From Chloroflexota bacterium (GTDB lineage: Bacteria > Chloroflexota > Chloroflexia > Thermomicrobiales > UBA6265), in assembly GCA_023423795.1 (NCBI GenBank), contig JAFAEX010000136.1, positions 451-64,450 of the forward strand: a stretch of DNA of 64,000 bases. Direction: 5' to 3'. Positions 46,971 to 56,544 of this stretch are shown in pieces. The notes beneath the pieces are model-generated. The model was given only the letters and a program-made list of their open reading frames with translations. It had not been told where the DNA came from and ran no database searches. The position numbers and the translations under genes were made by a program. Each line of letters begins with the position of its first letter. The first letter of the stretch is position 1.

Positions 46971-48110
46971 ATGAGCGACACCGTGCCCGATTCCGGGACG
47001 CTCCGGCAGACACCATTGGCCGACCGCCACGTCGCGCTCGGGGCGCGGATGATCCCGTTCGCCGGCTGGCTGATGCCCGTCCAGTACGCCGGCCAGATCG
47101 CCGAACACAAGGCCGTACGCTCGGCCGCCGGTCTGTTCGATCTCGGCCACATGGGGCAGGTCGAGGTCGAGGGGCCGGACGCGCTGCCGTTCCTGCAATG
47201 GGTCGCTTCGAGCGACATCGCCTCGATCGAACCGGGCGAGGCGATCTACGGCATGCTGCCCAACGAGCGCGGCGGCGTGATCGACGACATCCTCGTCTAC
47301 CGGCGACCGGACCGCGACGGCTACATGGTCGTCGTCAACGCGTCGAACCGGGACAAGGATGTTGCCCACTTCCACGCCCAGCGTGACGCCCACCCGGAGT
47401 GGGACGTGCGGGTGCAGGATGTTTCGGACGACACCGGCATGATCGCCATCCAGGGTCCGGCCGCCCCCGGGATCGTCGCGAAGTTGACCGATGACGACCT
47501 CGACGCGATCGGCCCGTTCCGCTGGGCGCAGGGAACGATCGCCGGCACGCCGATGATGGTCGCCCGCACCGGCTACACCGGCGAGGACGGTTTCGAGTTC
47601 TACACCGCGCTCGCGGATGCGCCGGCGCTCTGGGACGCGCTGCTGGCCGCCGGCGCCGACGCCGGCCTCATGCCGGTCGGCCTCGGCGCGCGGGACACCC
47701 TGCGGCTGGAAGCGCGGATGCCGCTCTACGGCAACGAAATCGGAGACGACATCTCGCCGCTCGAGGCCGGGCTCGGGTGGGCGGTCGCGCTCGACAAGGG
47801 GCCGTTCGTCGGCCGCGAGGCGATCGCCGCGCTGAAGGCGGCCGGCGCGCCGCGGCGCACCGTCGGGTTCCGGATGCTGGAGCGGGGCGGCGCGCCGAGG
47901 CACGGCTACCCGGTGCTGGTCGATGGCCGCCTGGTCGGGCAGGTGACGAGCGGCGCGCCGTCGCCTACGCTTGGCGAGAACATCGGTCTGGCGCTAATCG
48001 AGCGCGAAGCCGCCGGCGTCGGCAAACCGCTGGAGATCGAGATCCGCGGCAAGACGGTGCGGGCGGAACAGGTCAAACTTCCCTTCTACCGCCGGGGTGC
48101 GGCGGGGTAG
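46971..48110 (+). CDS. gcvT: Glycine cleavage system aminomethyltransferase T
   Basis: TPLADRHVALGARMIPFAGWLMPVQY, AVRSAAGLFDLGHMGQVEVEG, RTGYTGEDGFE, and ARDTLRLEA. Confidence 0.95.
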   Translation: MSDTVPDSGTLRQTPLADRHVALGARMIPFAGWLMPVQYAGQIAEHKAVRSAAGLFDLGHMGQVEVEGPDALPFLQWVASSDIASIEPGEAIYGMLPNERGGVIDDILVYRRPDRDGYMVVVNASNRDKDVAHFHAQRDAHPEWDVRVQDVSDDTGMIAIQGPAAPGIVAKLTDDDLDAIGPFRWAQGTIAGTPMMVARTGYTGEDGFEFYTALADAPALWDALLAAGADAGLMPVGLGARDTLRLEARMPLYGNEIGDDISPLEAGLGWAVALDKGPFVGREAIAALKAAGAPRRTVGFRMLERGGAPRHGYPVLVDGRLVGQVTSGAPSPTLGENIGLALIEREAAGVGKPLEIEIRGKTVRAEQVKLPFYRRGAAG

Positions 48111-48180
48111 GGCACGGCGGGAATCGAACCCGGCGGCAGCGCGGCGCGAGCCGCGCCGAATCGGAAGGACGAGGGCGGCG

Positions 48181-48570
48181 ATGGCTTCTCCGGCGGACCT
48201 CAAGTTCACCAGGACCCACGAGTGGGTGCGGCAGGATGGCGACGTGGTGACCATCGGCATCAGCCACCACGCGCAGGGCGAATTGGGCGACATCACCTAC
48301 CTCGAATTGCCCGAGGTCGGCGACGCCGTGACCTCGAACCAGCCGTTCGGCGTGGTCGAATCGGTCAAGGCCGCTTCGGACGTGTACGCGCCGGTCGATG
48401 GCGAGATCGTCGAACGCAACGAGGAGGCGATCGGCGCGCCGGACCTCGTCAACTCATCGCCCTACGACAAGGCGTGGCTGGTCAAGATCAAGCTCAGCGA
48501 TCCCTCGCAGCTCGACGGCCTGATGGCCGCGGCCGACTACGACGAGTATGCCGGGGCGGCGTCCCACTAG
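48181..48570 (+). CDS. gcvH: Glycine cleavage system H protein
   Basis: LKFTRTHEWV and the lipoyl-lysine motif VESVKAASDVYAPVDGEIV. Confidence 0.95.
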   Translation: MASPADLKFTRTHEWVRQDGDVVTIGISHHAQGELGDITYLELPEVGDAVTSNQPFGVVESVKAASDVYAPVDGEIVERNEEAIGAPDLVNSSPYDKAWLVKIKLSDPSQLDGLMAAADYDEYAGAASH

Positions 48571-48619
48571 GCCCATCATCCGCCCGGCCGGCGGTTCCCG
48601 GCGCAGCGACGAGGACACG

Positions 48620-49966
48620 ATGACCTTCAATCCACACACCGCCGAGGACCGCGCCCGGATGCTCGGGACCGTCGGCGTGCCGGCGATCGAGGACCTGTTC
48701 GAGGCGATCCCGGCCGACGTCCGCTTTCCCGAGTTGAACCTGCCGCCGGCGTTGACCGAGATGGAAGCCAGCGCGCAAATGCAGGCGCTCGCCGCCCGCA
48801 ACCTCGCGCCGGAACCGGGGAAGACCTTCCTCGGCGCGGGCAGTTACCAGCATTTCGTGCCGGCCACGGTCGGGCAGATCACCTCGCGGGGCGAGTTCTA
48901 CACCGCCTACACGCCCTACCAGCCCGAAGTGGCGCAGGGCACGCTGCAGGTCATCTACGAGTTCCAGACGATGGTCGCCGGCCTGCTCGGGATGGAGGTC
49001 GCCAACGCCTCGATCTACGACGGCGCGACCGCGCTCGCCGAAGGGGCGCTCGTCACCGTCTCCTCGACGCGCAACCGCCGGAAGATCGTCGTCGCCGGCA
49101 CCGTGCATCCGTCGTACCGGGAAGTCCTGCGAACCTACCTCGAAGGGCTGCCGATCGAACTGGTCGAACTGCCGATTCCGGCCGACGGCTTCGCGAGCGC
49201 GGTCGAGGACGTGCGCGCGGCGCTCGAAGGCGACGACCTCGCCTGCCTCGTCGTCCAGTACCCGAACTTCTTCGGCGGCATCGAGGACGTGGCGGCGCTG
49301 GCCGAGGCGGCGCACGAGGCGGGCGGCATGCTGGTGGTGAGCACCTACCCGGTGCCGCTCGGACTGCTGACGCCTCCGGGCGAACTCGGGGCCGACGTGG
49401 TCGCCGCGGAAGGGCAGGCGCTCGGCGTGGCGCAGTCCTACGGCGGGCCCTACGTCGGGCTGCTGGCGACCCGGCAGAAGTTCATCCGGCAACTGCCCGG
49501 CCGCCTCGCCGGCATGACGACCGACTCCGAGGGCAAGCGCGGGTTCGTGCTGACGCTGCAAACGCGGGAGCAGCACATCCGGCGCGAAAAGGCGACCAGC
49601 AACATCTGCACCAACCAGGGGTTGATGGCGACCGCCGCCACGGTCTACATGTCTACCCTCGGCCCGGAAGGGTTCCGGGAGGTGGCCAACCGCTGCTACC
49701 AGAACGCCCATTACCTTGCGGACCGGATCGCCGCGCTGCCCGGCTATCGGCTAGCGCTGGATACCCCGTTCTTCCACGAGTTCGTGGTGGAGTGCCCGCG
49801 CCCGGTCGCCGAAGTGAACGCGGCCGTGCTCGACGCCGGGATCGTTGGCGGCCTCGACCTCGGTCGGCTGGACCCGGCGCTCGACCGGCACATGCTGGTC
49901 TGCGCGACCGAGGTCCACGACCGCGCGGCGCTGGACCGGTTCGTGGAAGCGCTGCCGGCCGCCTGA
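48620..49966 (+). CDS. gcvPA: Glycine dehydrogenase (decarboxylating) subunit 1
   Basis: FNPHTAEDRARMLGTVGV, TAYTPYQPEVAQGTLQ, and REQHIRREKATSNICTNQ. No gcvPB follows. Confidence 0.93.
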   Translation: MTFNPHTAEDRARMLGTVGVPAIEDLFEAIPADVRFPELNLPPALTEMEASAQMQALAARNLAPEPGKTFLGAGSYQHFVPATVGQITSRGEFYTAYTPYQPEVAQGTLQVIYEFQTMVAGLLGMEVANASIYDGATALAEGALVTVSSTRNRRKIVVAGTVHPSYREVLRTYLEGLPIELVELPIPADGFASAVEDVRAALEGDDLACLVVQYPNFFGGIEDVAALAEAAHEAGGMLVVSTYPVPLGLLTPPGELGADVVAAEGQALGVAQSYGGPYVGLLATRQKFIRQLPGRLAGMTTDSEGKRGFVLTLQTREQHIRREKATSNICTNQGLMATAATVYMSTLGPEGFREVANRCYQNAHYLADRIAALPGYRLALDTPFFHEFVVECPRPVAEVNAAVLDAGIVGGLDLGRLDPALDRHMLVCATEVHDRAALDRFVEALPAA

Positions 49967-50143
49967 GGCCGCGCCGTCGCCGCCCGAGCGAAGCGTCGCC
50001 CCGGATAGGGTGCGCTATACTGCCGTTTCTTCCGGGCCGCCGATCCGGGGTTTTGGCGTGGAACCGCGCCTGCCCGGAGCAACCCGATCCATCCGCCCGG
50101 CGCAGCCGATTTCGGCCCGGCGCCACCGTCCACCGGAGCCAGC

Positions 50144-51481
50144 GTGGCCAAGCCTATCGTCGCCATCGTCGGTCGCCCCAACGTCGGCAAATCGACCCTC
50201 TTCAACCGGATGGTTGGCGAGCGCCGCGCCATCGTCGAGGACGAACCGGGCACGACCCGCGACCGCGTCTACGGCACGACGGACTGGGGCGGCATCGAGT
50301 TCACCATCATCGACACCGGCGGTCTCCAGGACGACAAGGAGATCGAGGGCGCGTCGCTGGCCGAAATCGCCCGCAACACGCGTAACCAGGCCCAGTCCGC
50401 CATCGAGGAGGCGGACGTCATCGTCTTCCTCGTGGATGCCAAGCACGGCCTGACCGCGGGCGACCACGAGGTCGCCGATCTGCTGCGCCGGGCCGACAAG
50501 CCGACCCTGCTGGTGGCGAACAAAGCCGAGAGCGCCCAGCGCCGTGACGGCATCTTCGAGTTCTACGAACTCGGACTCGGCGACCCGATCGCGATCTCTT
50601 CCTACCACGGCACCGGCACCGGCGACCTGCTCGACCGGGTGGTGGAAGCGCTGCCCGAAGCCGAGGAGGAAGAGGAGCACGACGGTCCGAACATCGCCAT
50701 CGTCGGTCGCCCGAACGTCGGCAAGAGCCGCCTGCTGAACGCCCTCATCGGGCAGGAGCGGTCGATCGTCAGCGACGTGCCGGGGACGACCCGCGACTCG
50801 ATCGACACCCAACTCGAGTGGGCCGGGCAGCCGATCACGCTGATCGACACCGCCGGCATCCGGCGGCGCGGGCGGATCGACCAGGGCATCGAGAAGTTCA
50901 GCGTCATCCGGTCCATGCGCGCCATCGACCGCAGCGACGTGGTGCTGCTGGTCATCGACGCCAACGAGGGGTTCACCGCCCAGGACCTGCACATCGCCGG
51001 CTACGTCGAGGAGCAGAAGAAGGGCATCGTCGTCGTCATCAACAAGTGGGACCTGATCGAAAAGGACGCCACGACGATGGACGAGTACCGCGCCAAGGCG
51101 CGGGAAGCGCTCGACTTCGTGCCCTACGCGCCGTTGGTCTTCGTCTCGGCCAAGTTCGGGCAGCGCGTCCACCAGGTGCTCGACACCGCGCTGATGGTCG
51201 TCGCCGAGCGGTCGCGGCGGATTCCGACATCGGCGCTGAACACCCTGCTGCGCGAGGCGGTGGCGGCGCACCCGCCGCCGAGCCGTCCCGGCCGCTGGCT
51301 CAAGTTCTACTACGCGACCCAGGCCGACGTTGCGCCGCCGACGTTCATCTTCTTCTGCAACGACCCGATGCACATCCACTTCTCGTACCGCCGCTACCTC
51401 GAGAACAAGATGCGCGATGCGTTCGGCTTCACCGGCACCCCCATCCGGATGAGTTTCCGCGGCCGCGAGGACGACCGGTAG
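50144..51481 (+). CDS. der: Ribosome-associated GTPase Der (EngA)
   Basis: Tandem G domains GRPNVGKSTLFN and GRPNVGKSRLLN, and a KH-like C-terminus. GTG start. Confidence 0.95.
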   Translation: MAKPIVAIVGRPNVGKSTLFNRMVGERRAIVEDEPGTTRDRVYGTTDWGGIEFTIIDTGGLQDDKEIEGASLAEIARNTRNQAQSAIEEADVIVFLVDAKHGLTAGDHEVADLLRRADKPTLLVANKAESAQRRDGIFEFYELGLGDPIAISSYHGTGTGDLLDRVVEALPEAEEEEEHDGPNIAIVGRPNVGKSRLLNALIGQERSIVSDVPGTTRDSIDTQLEWAGQPITLIDTAGIRRRGRIDQGIEKFSVIRSMRAIDRSDVVLLVIDANEGFTAQDLHIAGYVEEQKKGIVVVINKWDLIEKDATTMDEYRAKAREALDFVPYAPLVFVSAKFGQRVHQVLDTALMVVAERSRRIPTSALNTLLREAVAAHPPPSRPGRWLKFYYATQADVAPPTFIFFCNDPMHIHFSYRRYLENKMRDAFGFTGTPIRMSFRGREDDR

Positions 51482-51482
51482 C

Positions 51483-52106
51483 ATGGGCGCCGCCGGGATC
51501 GTCCTCGTCCTCGGCGCGTTCGGTTTGGGATCGATTCCTTGGGGCTACCTGTTCGGCCGCTGGATCGCCGGCATCGACCTGCGCGCGGTCGGTTCCGGCG
51601 GCACCGGCGCGACCAACGCCCTGCGCACAATGGGCCGCAAGGTCTCCCTGGCCGTCCTGCTGCTCGATGCCGCCAAGGGTGCGCTGCCGATCGTCGTCGG
51701 CCGGCAATTGGGGCTCGATGGGTGGTGGCTGGCTGCCGCCGCGATCGCGGCGGTCGCCGGCCACTGCTGGTCGCCGTGGATCGGATTCAAGGGCGGCAAG
51801 GGCGTCGCCACCGGCGCCGGGGCGGCCATCGCGCTCTGGCCGCCGGTCGCCGTGGTGCTGCCGGTGATGGTCGTCGTCATCGCCGCCACCCGCTTCGTGT
51901 CGCTCGGCTCGCTGCTGACCTGCGCGGCGGCGACCGCACTGACGGTCGCCCTCGCGGCCGGTGGGCGGCTCGGCTGGTCCGTCGCCGTGGCCGTCGCCGG
52001 GATCACGCTGATCGTCGTGGTCCAGCATCGCGCCAATATCCGCCGCTTGCTGGCGGGAACCGAGCGCCGCTTTGGCGAGAAAGTCCCGGTTCAGGCGCCG
52101 TCATAA
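51483..52106 (+). CDS. plsY: Glycerol-3-phosphate acyltransferase PlsY
   Basis: GSIPWGYLFGRW…DLRAVGSGGTGATNALR, FKGGKGVAT, and HRANIRRLLAGTE. Confidence 0.93.
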   Translation: MGAAGIVLVLGAFGLGSIPWGYLFGRWIAGIDLRAVGSGGTGATNALRTMGRKVSLAVLLLDAAKGALPIVVGRQLGLDGWWLAAAAIAAVAGHCWSPWIGFKGGKGVATGAGAAIALWPPVAVVLPVMVVVIAATRFVSLGSLLTCAAATALTVALAAGGRLGWSVAVAVAGITLIVVVQHRANIRRLLAGTERRFGEKVPVQAPS

Positions 52107-53077
52107 CCCCGCGGGTGGCGCTGCATCCAGTCCCAAGCTGACCCGACCATCTCGTCGATCGTCGAGTGCTTCGGCTCCCAGCCGAGGATTTCGCGTGCCC
52201 GCGACGAATCGGCCACCAGCGACGGGGGATCACCCGCCCGCCGGTCCTCGTAGCGGACCGCCAGCGGCCGCTCGGTGACGCGCTCGACCGATTCGACGAT
52301 CTGCCGCACCGAAACGCCGTCGCGCGTGCCGAGGTTCATCGCGCCCAGCGGTTCGTCCAGTCGGTCGAGCGCCCGCAGGTGGGCGTCCACCAGGTCCACG
52401 ACGTGCACGTAGTCGCGCACCGCCGTGCCGTCCGGGGTGGGGTAGTCGGTGCCGTAGACGCCGAAGGCATCGCGCAGCCCGAGCGCGACCTGTAGCGCGA
52501 CCGGGATGACGTGGGTTTCCGGATCGTGGTCCTCGCCGAGTTCTTCCGTTGCCCCGGCCACGTTGAAGTAGCGCAGCGCCGCCCAGCGCAACCCGTGGGC
52601 GGTTTCCGCTGCTTCCAGCATCTGCTCGACGATGAGTTTGGAGTGCCCGTAGGGGTTGATCGGCTGCTTGGTGATGTCCTCGCGGATGGGGATGTCCTCG
52701 GGCGGCGGCGCGCCGTAGACGGCCGCGGTCGAAGAGAGCACGATCCGGTCGGTCCCGTTGTCGAGCATTGCCCGCAGCAGGTTGATCGAGCCGCCGACGT
52801 TGACCGCGTAGTACAGGACCGGCTCCCGCACCGATTCCGGCACGAGGGTGGCCGCGGCGAAGTGCAGCACCGCGTCCGGATCCACCGCGCGCACGGCGTC
52901 GGCCACCAGGTGCGGCACGCGGATATCGACGTCGAAGAGCGGCACGTCTTTGGGGACAGCGGGGCGGTGGCCACGCCAGAGGTTGTCGAGGACCGCGACC
53001 TCGTCGCCGCGCGCGTGCAGCGCCGCTACCGCCACGCTGCCGATGTATCCCGCGCCGCCCGTGACCAGCACCCGCAT
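52091..53077 (-). CDS. galE: UDP-glucose 4-epimerase
   Basis: [14 protein letters not shown], the YGHSK catalytic motif ([10 protein letters not shown]), and RDYVHVVDL. Convergent 16-nt overlap with plsY. Confidence 0.92.
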   Translation of the reverse strand: MRVLVTGGAGYIGSVAVAALHARGDEVAVLDNLWRGHRPAVPKDVPLFDVDIRVPHLVADAVRAVDPDAVLHFAAATLVPESVREPVLYYAVNVGGSINLLRAMLDNGTDRIVLSSTAAVYGAPPPEDIPIREDITKQPINPYGHSKLIVEQMLEAAETAHGLRWAALRYFNVAGATEELGEDHDPETHVIPVALQVALGLRDAFGVYGTDYPTPDGTAVRDYVHVVDLVDAHLRALDRLDEPLGAMNLGTRDGVSVRQIVESVERVTERPLAVRYEDRRAGDPPSLVADSSRAREILGWEPKHSTIDEMVGSAWDWMQRHPRGYDGA

Positions 53078-53216
53078 CGTTGTCGGTCCTCCCCGCCGGG
53101 GAACGGTCCCGGCCGCCGTGGATGGTACACTCTGGCCGCCGTCATCACGCGCCGCCGGGCGAACCTCGCTGCGCCGGGCGCTCCCGGACCACACCGCACG
53201 CGGAGGAATGATCGCC

Positions 53217-54479
53217 ATGGGTGTCGCAACCGCGCCTGCCGCCACCGACAACGAAGTGTTCGACGCGATCCGACGCGAAGAGCGCCGCCAGCACGACGGC
53301 ATCGAACTCATCGCGTCCGAGAACTTCGTGTCGCCGGCCGTCCTCGCCGCCGTCGGCACCGTGCTGACCAACAAGTACGCCGAGGGCTACCCCGGCAAGC
53401 GGTACTACGGCGGTTGCCAGTACGTCGATGAGGTGGAAACCCTGGCGATCGAGCGGGCCAAGGCGCTATTCGGCGCCGGCCACGCCAACGTGCAGCCCCA
53501 CGCCGGCGCGAACGCCAACATGGCGGTTTTCCTGAGTTACCTGCAGCCGGGCGACCGCATCCTCGGCCTCAGCCTTGCCGAGGGAGGGCACCTGACCCAC
53601 GGCCACTCGGTCAACTTCTCCGGCCGCCTGTTCGAGCCGCATTTCTACGGCGTGGACCAGGAGACCGGGCTGCTCGACTACGACCACATCCTGACGCGGG
53701 CGAAGGAGGTGCGGCCGAAGGCGATCATCGCCGGGGCGTCGGCCTACAGCCGGCACATGGACTTCGCCCGCTTCCGGCAGATCGCCGACGAGGTCGGGGC
53801 GTACCTGTTCGCCGACATCGCCCACCCGGCCGGCCTGATCGCCGCCGGGCTGCACCCGTCGCCGATCGGCCACGCCCACGTCACCACCACCACGACCCAC
53901 AAGACGCTGCGCGGCCCGCGCGGCGGCATGATCCTGTGCGGCGCCGAGGAAGCGAAGACCGTCGATCGGGGGATCTTCCCCGGCATGCAGGGCGGCCCGT
54001 TGATGCACGTCATCGCCGGCAAGGCGGTCGCGTTCGGCGAGGCGCTGCGGCCCGAGTTCAAGGACTACGCAGCGCAGGTGATCGCCAACGCGAAGGCGAT
54101 GGCCGAGGAACTGCAATCGGCGGGCATCGCCATCGTCTCCGGCGACACCGACAACCACCTGATGCTGGCCGACGTCAACTCCATCGGGCTTTCCGGCAAG
54201 GAAGCCGAGAGACTGCTCGACGACGTGGGCATGACCTGCAACAAGAACACGATTCCCGGCGACACCCGGCCGCCGGCGCACGCCTCCGGCATCCGGCTCG
54301 GCAGCCCGGCGATCACCACCCGCGGCTTCGGCGAGGCGGAGTGCCGCCAGGTCGCCCGCTGGATCGCCGAGGTCCTGCAAGCGCCGGAGGATGGCGCACT
54401 GCACGCCCGTATCGCCGACGACGTGCGGCACCTGACGTCCCGGTTCCCGCTACCGGGCGTCGAGTTGCCGTCGGCGTAA
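53217..54479 (+). CDS. glyA: Serine hydroxymethyltransferase
   Basis: [29 protein letters not shown], and the PLP-lysine motif [17 protein letters not shown] 53217 lies 10 nt after GGAGG (alternative ATG 53208). Confidence 0.95.
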   Translation: MGVATAPAATDNEVFDAIRREERRQHDGIELIASENFVSPAVLAAVGTVLTNKYAEGYPGKRYYGGCQYVDEVETLAIERAKALFGAGHANVQPHAGANANMAVFLSYLQPGDRILGLSLAEGGHLTHGHSVNFSGRLFEPHFYGVDQETGLLDYDHILTRAKEVRPKAIIAGASAYSRHMDFARFRQIADEVGAYLFADIAHPAGLIAAGLHPSPIGHAHVTTTTTHKTLRGPRGGMILCGAEEAKTVDRGIFPGMQGGPLMHVIAGKAVAFGEALRPEFKDYAAQVIANAKAMAEELQSAGIAIVSGDTDNHLMLADVNSIGLSGKEAERLLDDVGMTCNKNTIPGDTRPPAHASGIRLGSPAITTRGFGEAECRQVARWIAEVLQAPEDGALHARIADDVRHLTSRFPLPGVELPSA

Positions 54480-54507
54480 CCCTGACCGGTTTCGCCAACA
54501 TGCAGAG

Positions 54508-54535
54508 AGCCCCGCGCCCGAGGCGCGGGGCTTTC
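54508..54535. terminator. Bidirectional terminator between glyA and the small membrane-protein gene
   Basis: 10-bp stem AGCCCCGCGC / GCGCGGGGCT followed by TTTCGCG. Confidence 0.65.
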
Positions 54536-54558
54536 GCGTACTCGCTTGATGCGAGCCG

Positions 54559-54789
54559 CTACTGGAGCAGCAGCTCGAACCGGAGGCTGCCGCCGTCGTC
54601 GCGGCCGAAGCGGCGGGCGACGACCCCGGCGAGCGACCGCACCGGCCCGGTCAGCAGCAGCGCCGCGGCGACCCCGGCGAGACCGCCGGCCGCCGCGCCG
54701 AGCAGGAACGACGACACGTCGCGCTGCTCCGCCGGCGCGTCGTTTGCCGCCGGCAGCACGTTTGAAACGAAGGGTGCCTGATCCGTCAC
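54559..54789 (-). CDS. Small membrane protein (YtxH-like, one Gly/Ala-rich TM helix)
   Basis: 76-aa ORF with FLLGAAAGGLAGVAAALLLTGP. Moderate coding signal. Confidence 0.5.
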   Translation of the reverse strand: MTDQAPFVSNVLPAANDAPAEQRDVSSFLLGAAAGGLAGVAAALLLTGPVRSLAGVVARRFGRDDGGSLRFELLLQ

Positions 54790-54886
54790 GCCGGTCTCCT
54801 CCGACCGAATCGCGGCCCGCGCTCGAGGCGGACCACGTGCCGTAAGCTGGGCGGGGTTGGCCGTCGCGGGATCGTTGCCCGAGGCC

Positions 54887-55363
54887 TTACTGGATCGTCA
54901 GCAGGGTCTGGGCGTCGGCCCAGAGATCCTCCAGACGGTAGTACGCGCGCTGCTCCGCCGACAGCACGTGGACGATGACGTCGCCGAAGTCCAAGAGCGT
55001 CCAGCCGGAGAGGGGATTGCCCTCCGTGCGTTCCGGCCGCACGCCCTGATCGGCCATTCCCTCGGCGATGTCGCGGACGATGGCCCGCAACTGCCGCTCG
55101 TTGTCGCCGGAGCAGATGACGAAGAAATCGGCGAACGACGACCCGCGGTGGATGTCGAGCACGACCGTGTTGGACGCCGGGGAATCGCCGATAATGTCGG
55201 CGATCCGCAGCGCCAGTTCGCGCCCGGGCTGGGTTGCCGGGTCGGGTTCGGATAGCGCTTCCTCGTCGCCGACAGGGTCTGCACCGCCGGCGTCCTCGGG
55301 GAGGATGTCGTCCGCCTCGGGATCGCGTTCGCGGATCTGGTCGTCGCCAGTCGTGGTATCGAT
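54887..55363 (-). CDS. rsfS: Ribosome silencing factor RsfS (Iojap); 5' boundary unresolved, with no canonical start codon upstream of the conserved N-terminus
   Basis: VVLDIHRGSSFADFFVICSGDNERQLRAIVRDI…WTLLDFGDVIVHVLSAEQRAYYRLEDLW. Conserved residues (ELALRIADIIGDS) lie upstream of the first GTG (55162). An in-frame ATC at 55363 follows GAGGAG by 7 nt. There is also an in-frame CTG at 55216. Confidence 0.7.
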   Translation of the reverse strand: MDTTTGDDQIRERDPEADDILPEDAGGADPVGDEEALSEPDPATQPGRELALRIADIIGDSPASNTVVLDIHRGSSFADFFVICSGDNERQLRAIVRDIAEGMADQGVRPERTEGNPLSGWTLLDFGDVIVHVLSAEQRAYYRLEDLWADAQTLLTIQ

Positions 55364-55429
55364 GGTCGGTCTCCTCGGCGTGGCCGGAAGGTCTTGAACG
55401 ACGGTTCACCTGTCCGATCGGGCGCGGGG

Positions 55430-55501
55430 TGGGCCCGGCAGGGATCGAACCTGCGACCCTGGGGTTATGAGCCCCGTGCTCTACCACTGAGCTACAGGCC
55501 C
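55430..55501 (-). tRNA. tRNA-Met (CAT); elongator type or possibly Ile2, CCA not fully encoded
   Basis: The minus strand reads GGGCCTG-TA-GCTC-AGTGGTA-GAGC…, with anticodon loop CTCATAA and T arm GCAGG-TTCGATC-CCTGC. The G1-C72 pair argues against an initiator. Confidence 0.85.
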
Positions 55502-55572
55502 CGGGGCCCGCCGTTATTGTACGTGGTTGCCGCGCGATCTGGCGCATCCCGACCGAACGAAACGTCCCATCG

Positions 55573-56544
55573 TCAGCGCCGGCGGCGGCGGAGCAACTGG
55601 TCGGCGCCGACGGCGATCACGATCAGGACGCCCTGGACGATCTGCTGGTAGATGGTGTCGATGCCCAGCAGGTTGAACCCGTTGCCGATCATCGCCAGGA
55701 TCAGCACGCCGAGCACCGCCCGCCAGATCGCGCCTTCGCCGCCCATGATGCTGGTGCCGCCGACGACCGCGGCCGCGATCGCCGACAACTCCAGCCCGAT
55801 CCCGAGGTCCGGTTGGGCCGACGAGGTGCGCGACGCCGCCAGCACCCCGGCGATGCTCGCGCACGTCCCCGAAATGACGAATGCGGCGGCCCGGACCCGC
55901 TCGACCGGGATGCCCGACAGGCGAGCCGCCTCCGGGTTGCCGCCGACCGCGAAGAAGTACCGGCCGAGTGCCGTCTTCTCGAGCAGGAAACTCGTCAGCA
56001 GGATGATGGCGATGTAGACGAAGACGGTGTACTTCGCGCCGAGGAACGTGCCCCGGCCCAGTTCCGAAAACACGTCGTCGGTCACGGTGACGATCATGCC
56101 GCCGGTGACGAGGATGGCGATGCCTCGGAAGACGATGCTGGACGCCAGCGTGGCGATGAACGAGTTGATCCGCAAGGTGCCGACCAGCGCGGCGTTGACG
56201 AGACCCAGCAACGCCCCGCTCGCCATCCCGACGACGATGCCGACGAATGGGTTTCCGGTCGCGACCACGGTCTTGGCGGCGACGACGGCCGCCACGCCGA
56301 AGATCGCGCCGACGGAAAGGTCGAAGACCCCGGCGATGATGCCGATCGTCACCCCGCAGGCGACGATCCCGACCGGCGCCGACTGGTCGAGGATGTTGAG
56401 CAGGTTCCGCGTGGTCAGGAACTTGTCGCTCGCGAACGACAGCCCGACGAACAGCACTAGGAACGAGATTACGATGCCGTAGGAGCGGACGTCGATCCGC
56501 GCCAGCGGGTTCTCGCGGCGGGTGGCCGCCGTTTGCGCGCTCAT
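55573..56544 (-). CDS. Sugar ABC transporter permease (RbsC/branched monosaccharide type)
   Basis: About 10 TM segments. Typical motifs: TTRNLLNILDQSAPVGIVACG, GGNPEAARLSGIPV and GGTSIMGGEG. Confidence 0.9.
   Translation of the reverse strand: MSAQTAATRRENPLARIDVRSYGIVISFLVLFVGLSFASDKFLTTRNLLNILDQSAPVGIVACGVTIGIIAGVFDLSVGAIFGVAAVVAAKTVVATGNPFVGIVVGMASGALLGLVNAALVGTLRINSFIATLASSIVFRGIAILVTGGMIVTVTDDVFSELGRGTFLGAKYTVFVYIAIILLTSFLLEKTALGRYFFAVGGNPEAARLSGIPVERVRAAAFVISGTCASIAGVLAASRTSSAQPDLGIGLELSAIAAAVVGGTSIMGGEGAIWRAVLGVLILAMIGNGFNLLGIDTIYQQIVQGVLIVIAVGADQLLRRRRR

Noticed and set aside
48111-48180. A tRNA-like T-arm (minus strand CCGGG-TTCGATT-CCCG) between gcvT and gcvH.
   Set aside because: No matching acceptor stem, D arm or anticodon arm can be built. 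It is probably just a GC-rich hairpin region.
55430-55501. tRNA-Met(CAT) as an initiator tRNA, because it has three G-C pairs closing the anticodon stem.
   Set aside because: It has a Watson-Crick G1-C72 pair instead of the bacterial initiator C1xA72 mismatch. It is therefore called elongator Met, with tRNA-Ile2 not excluded.
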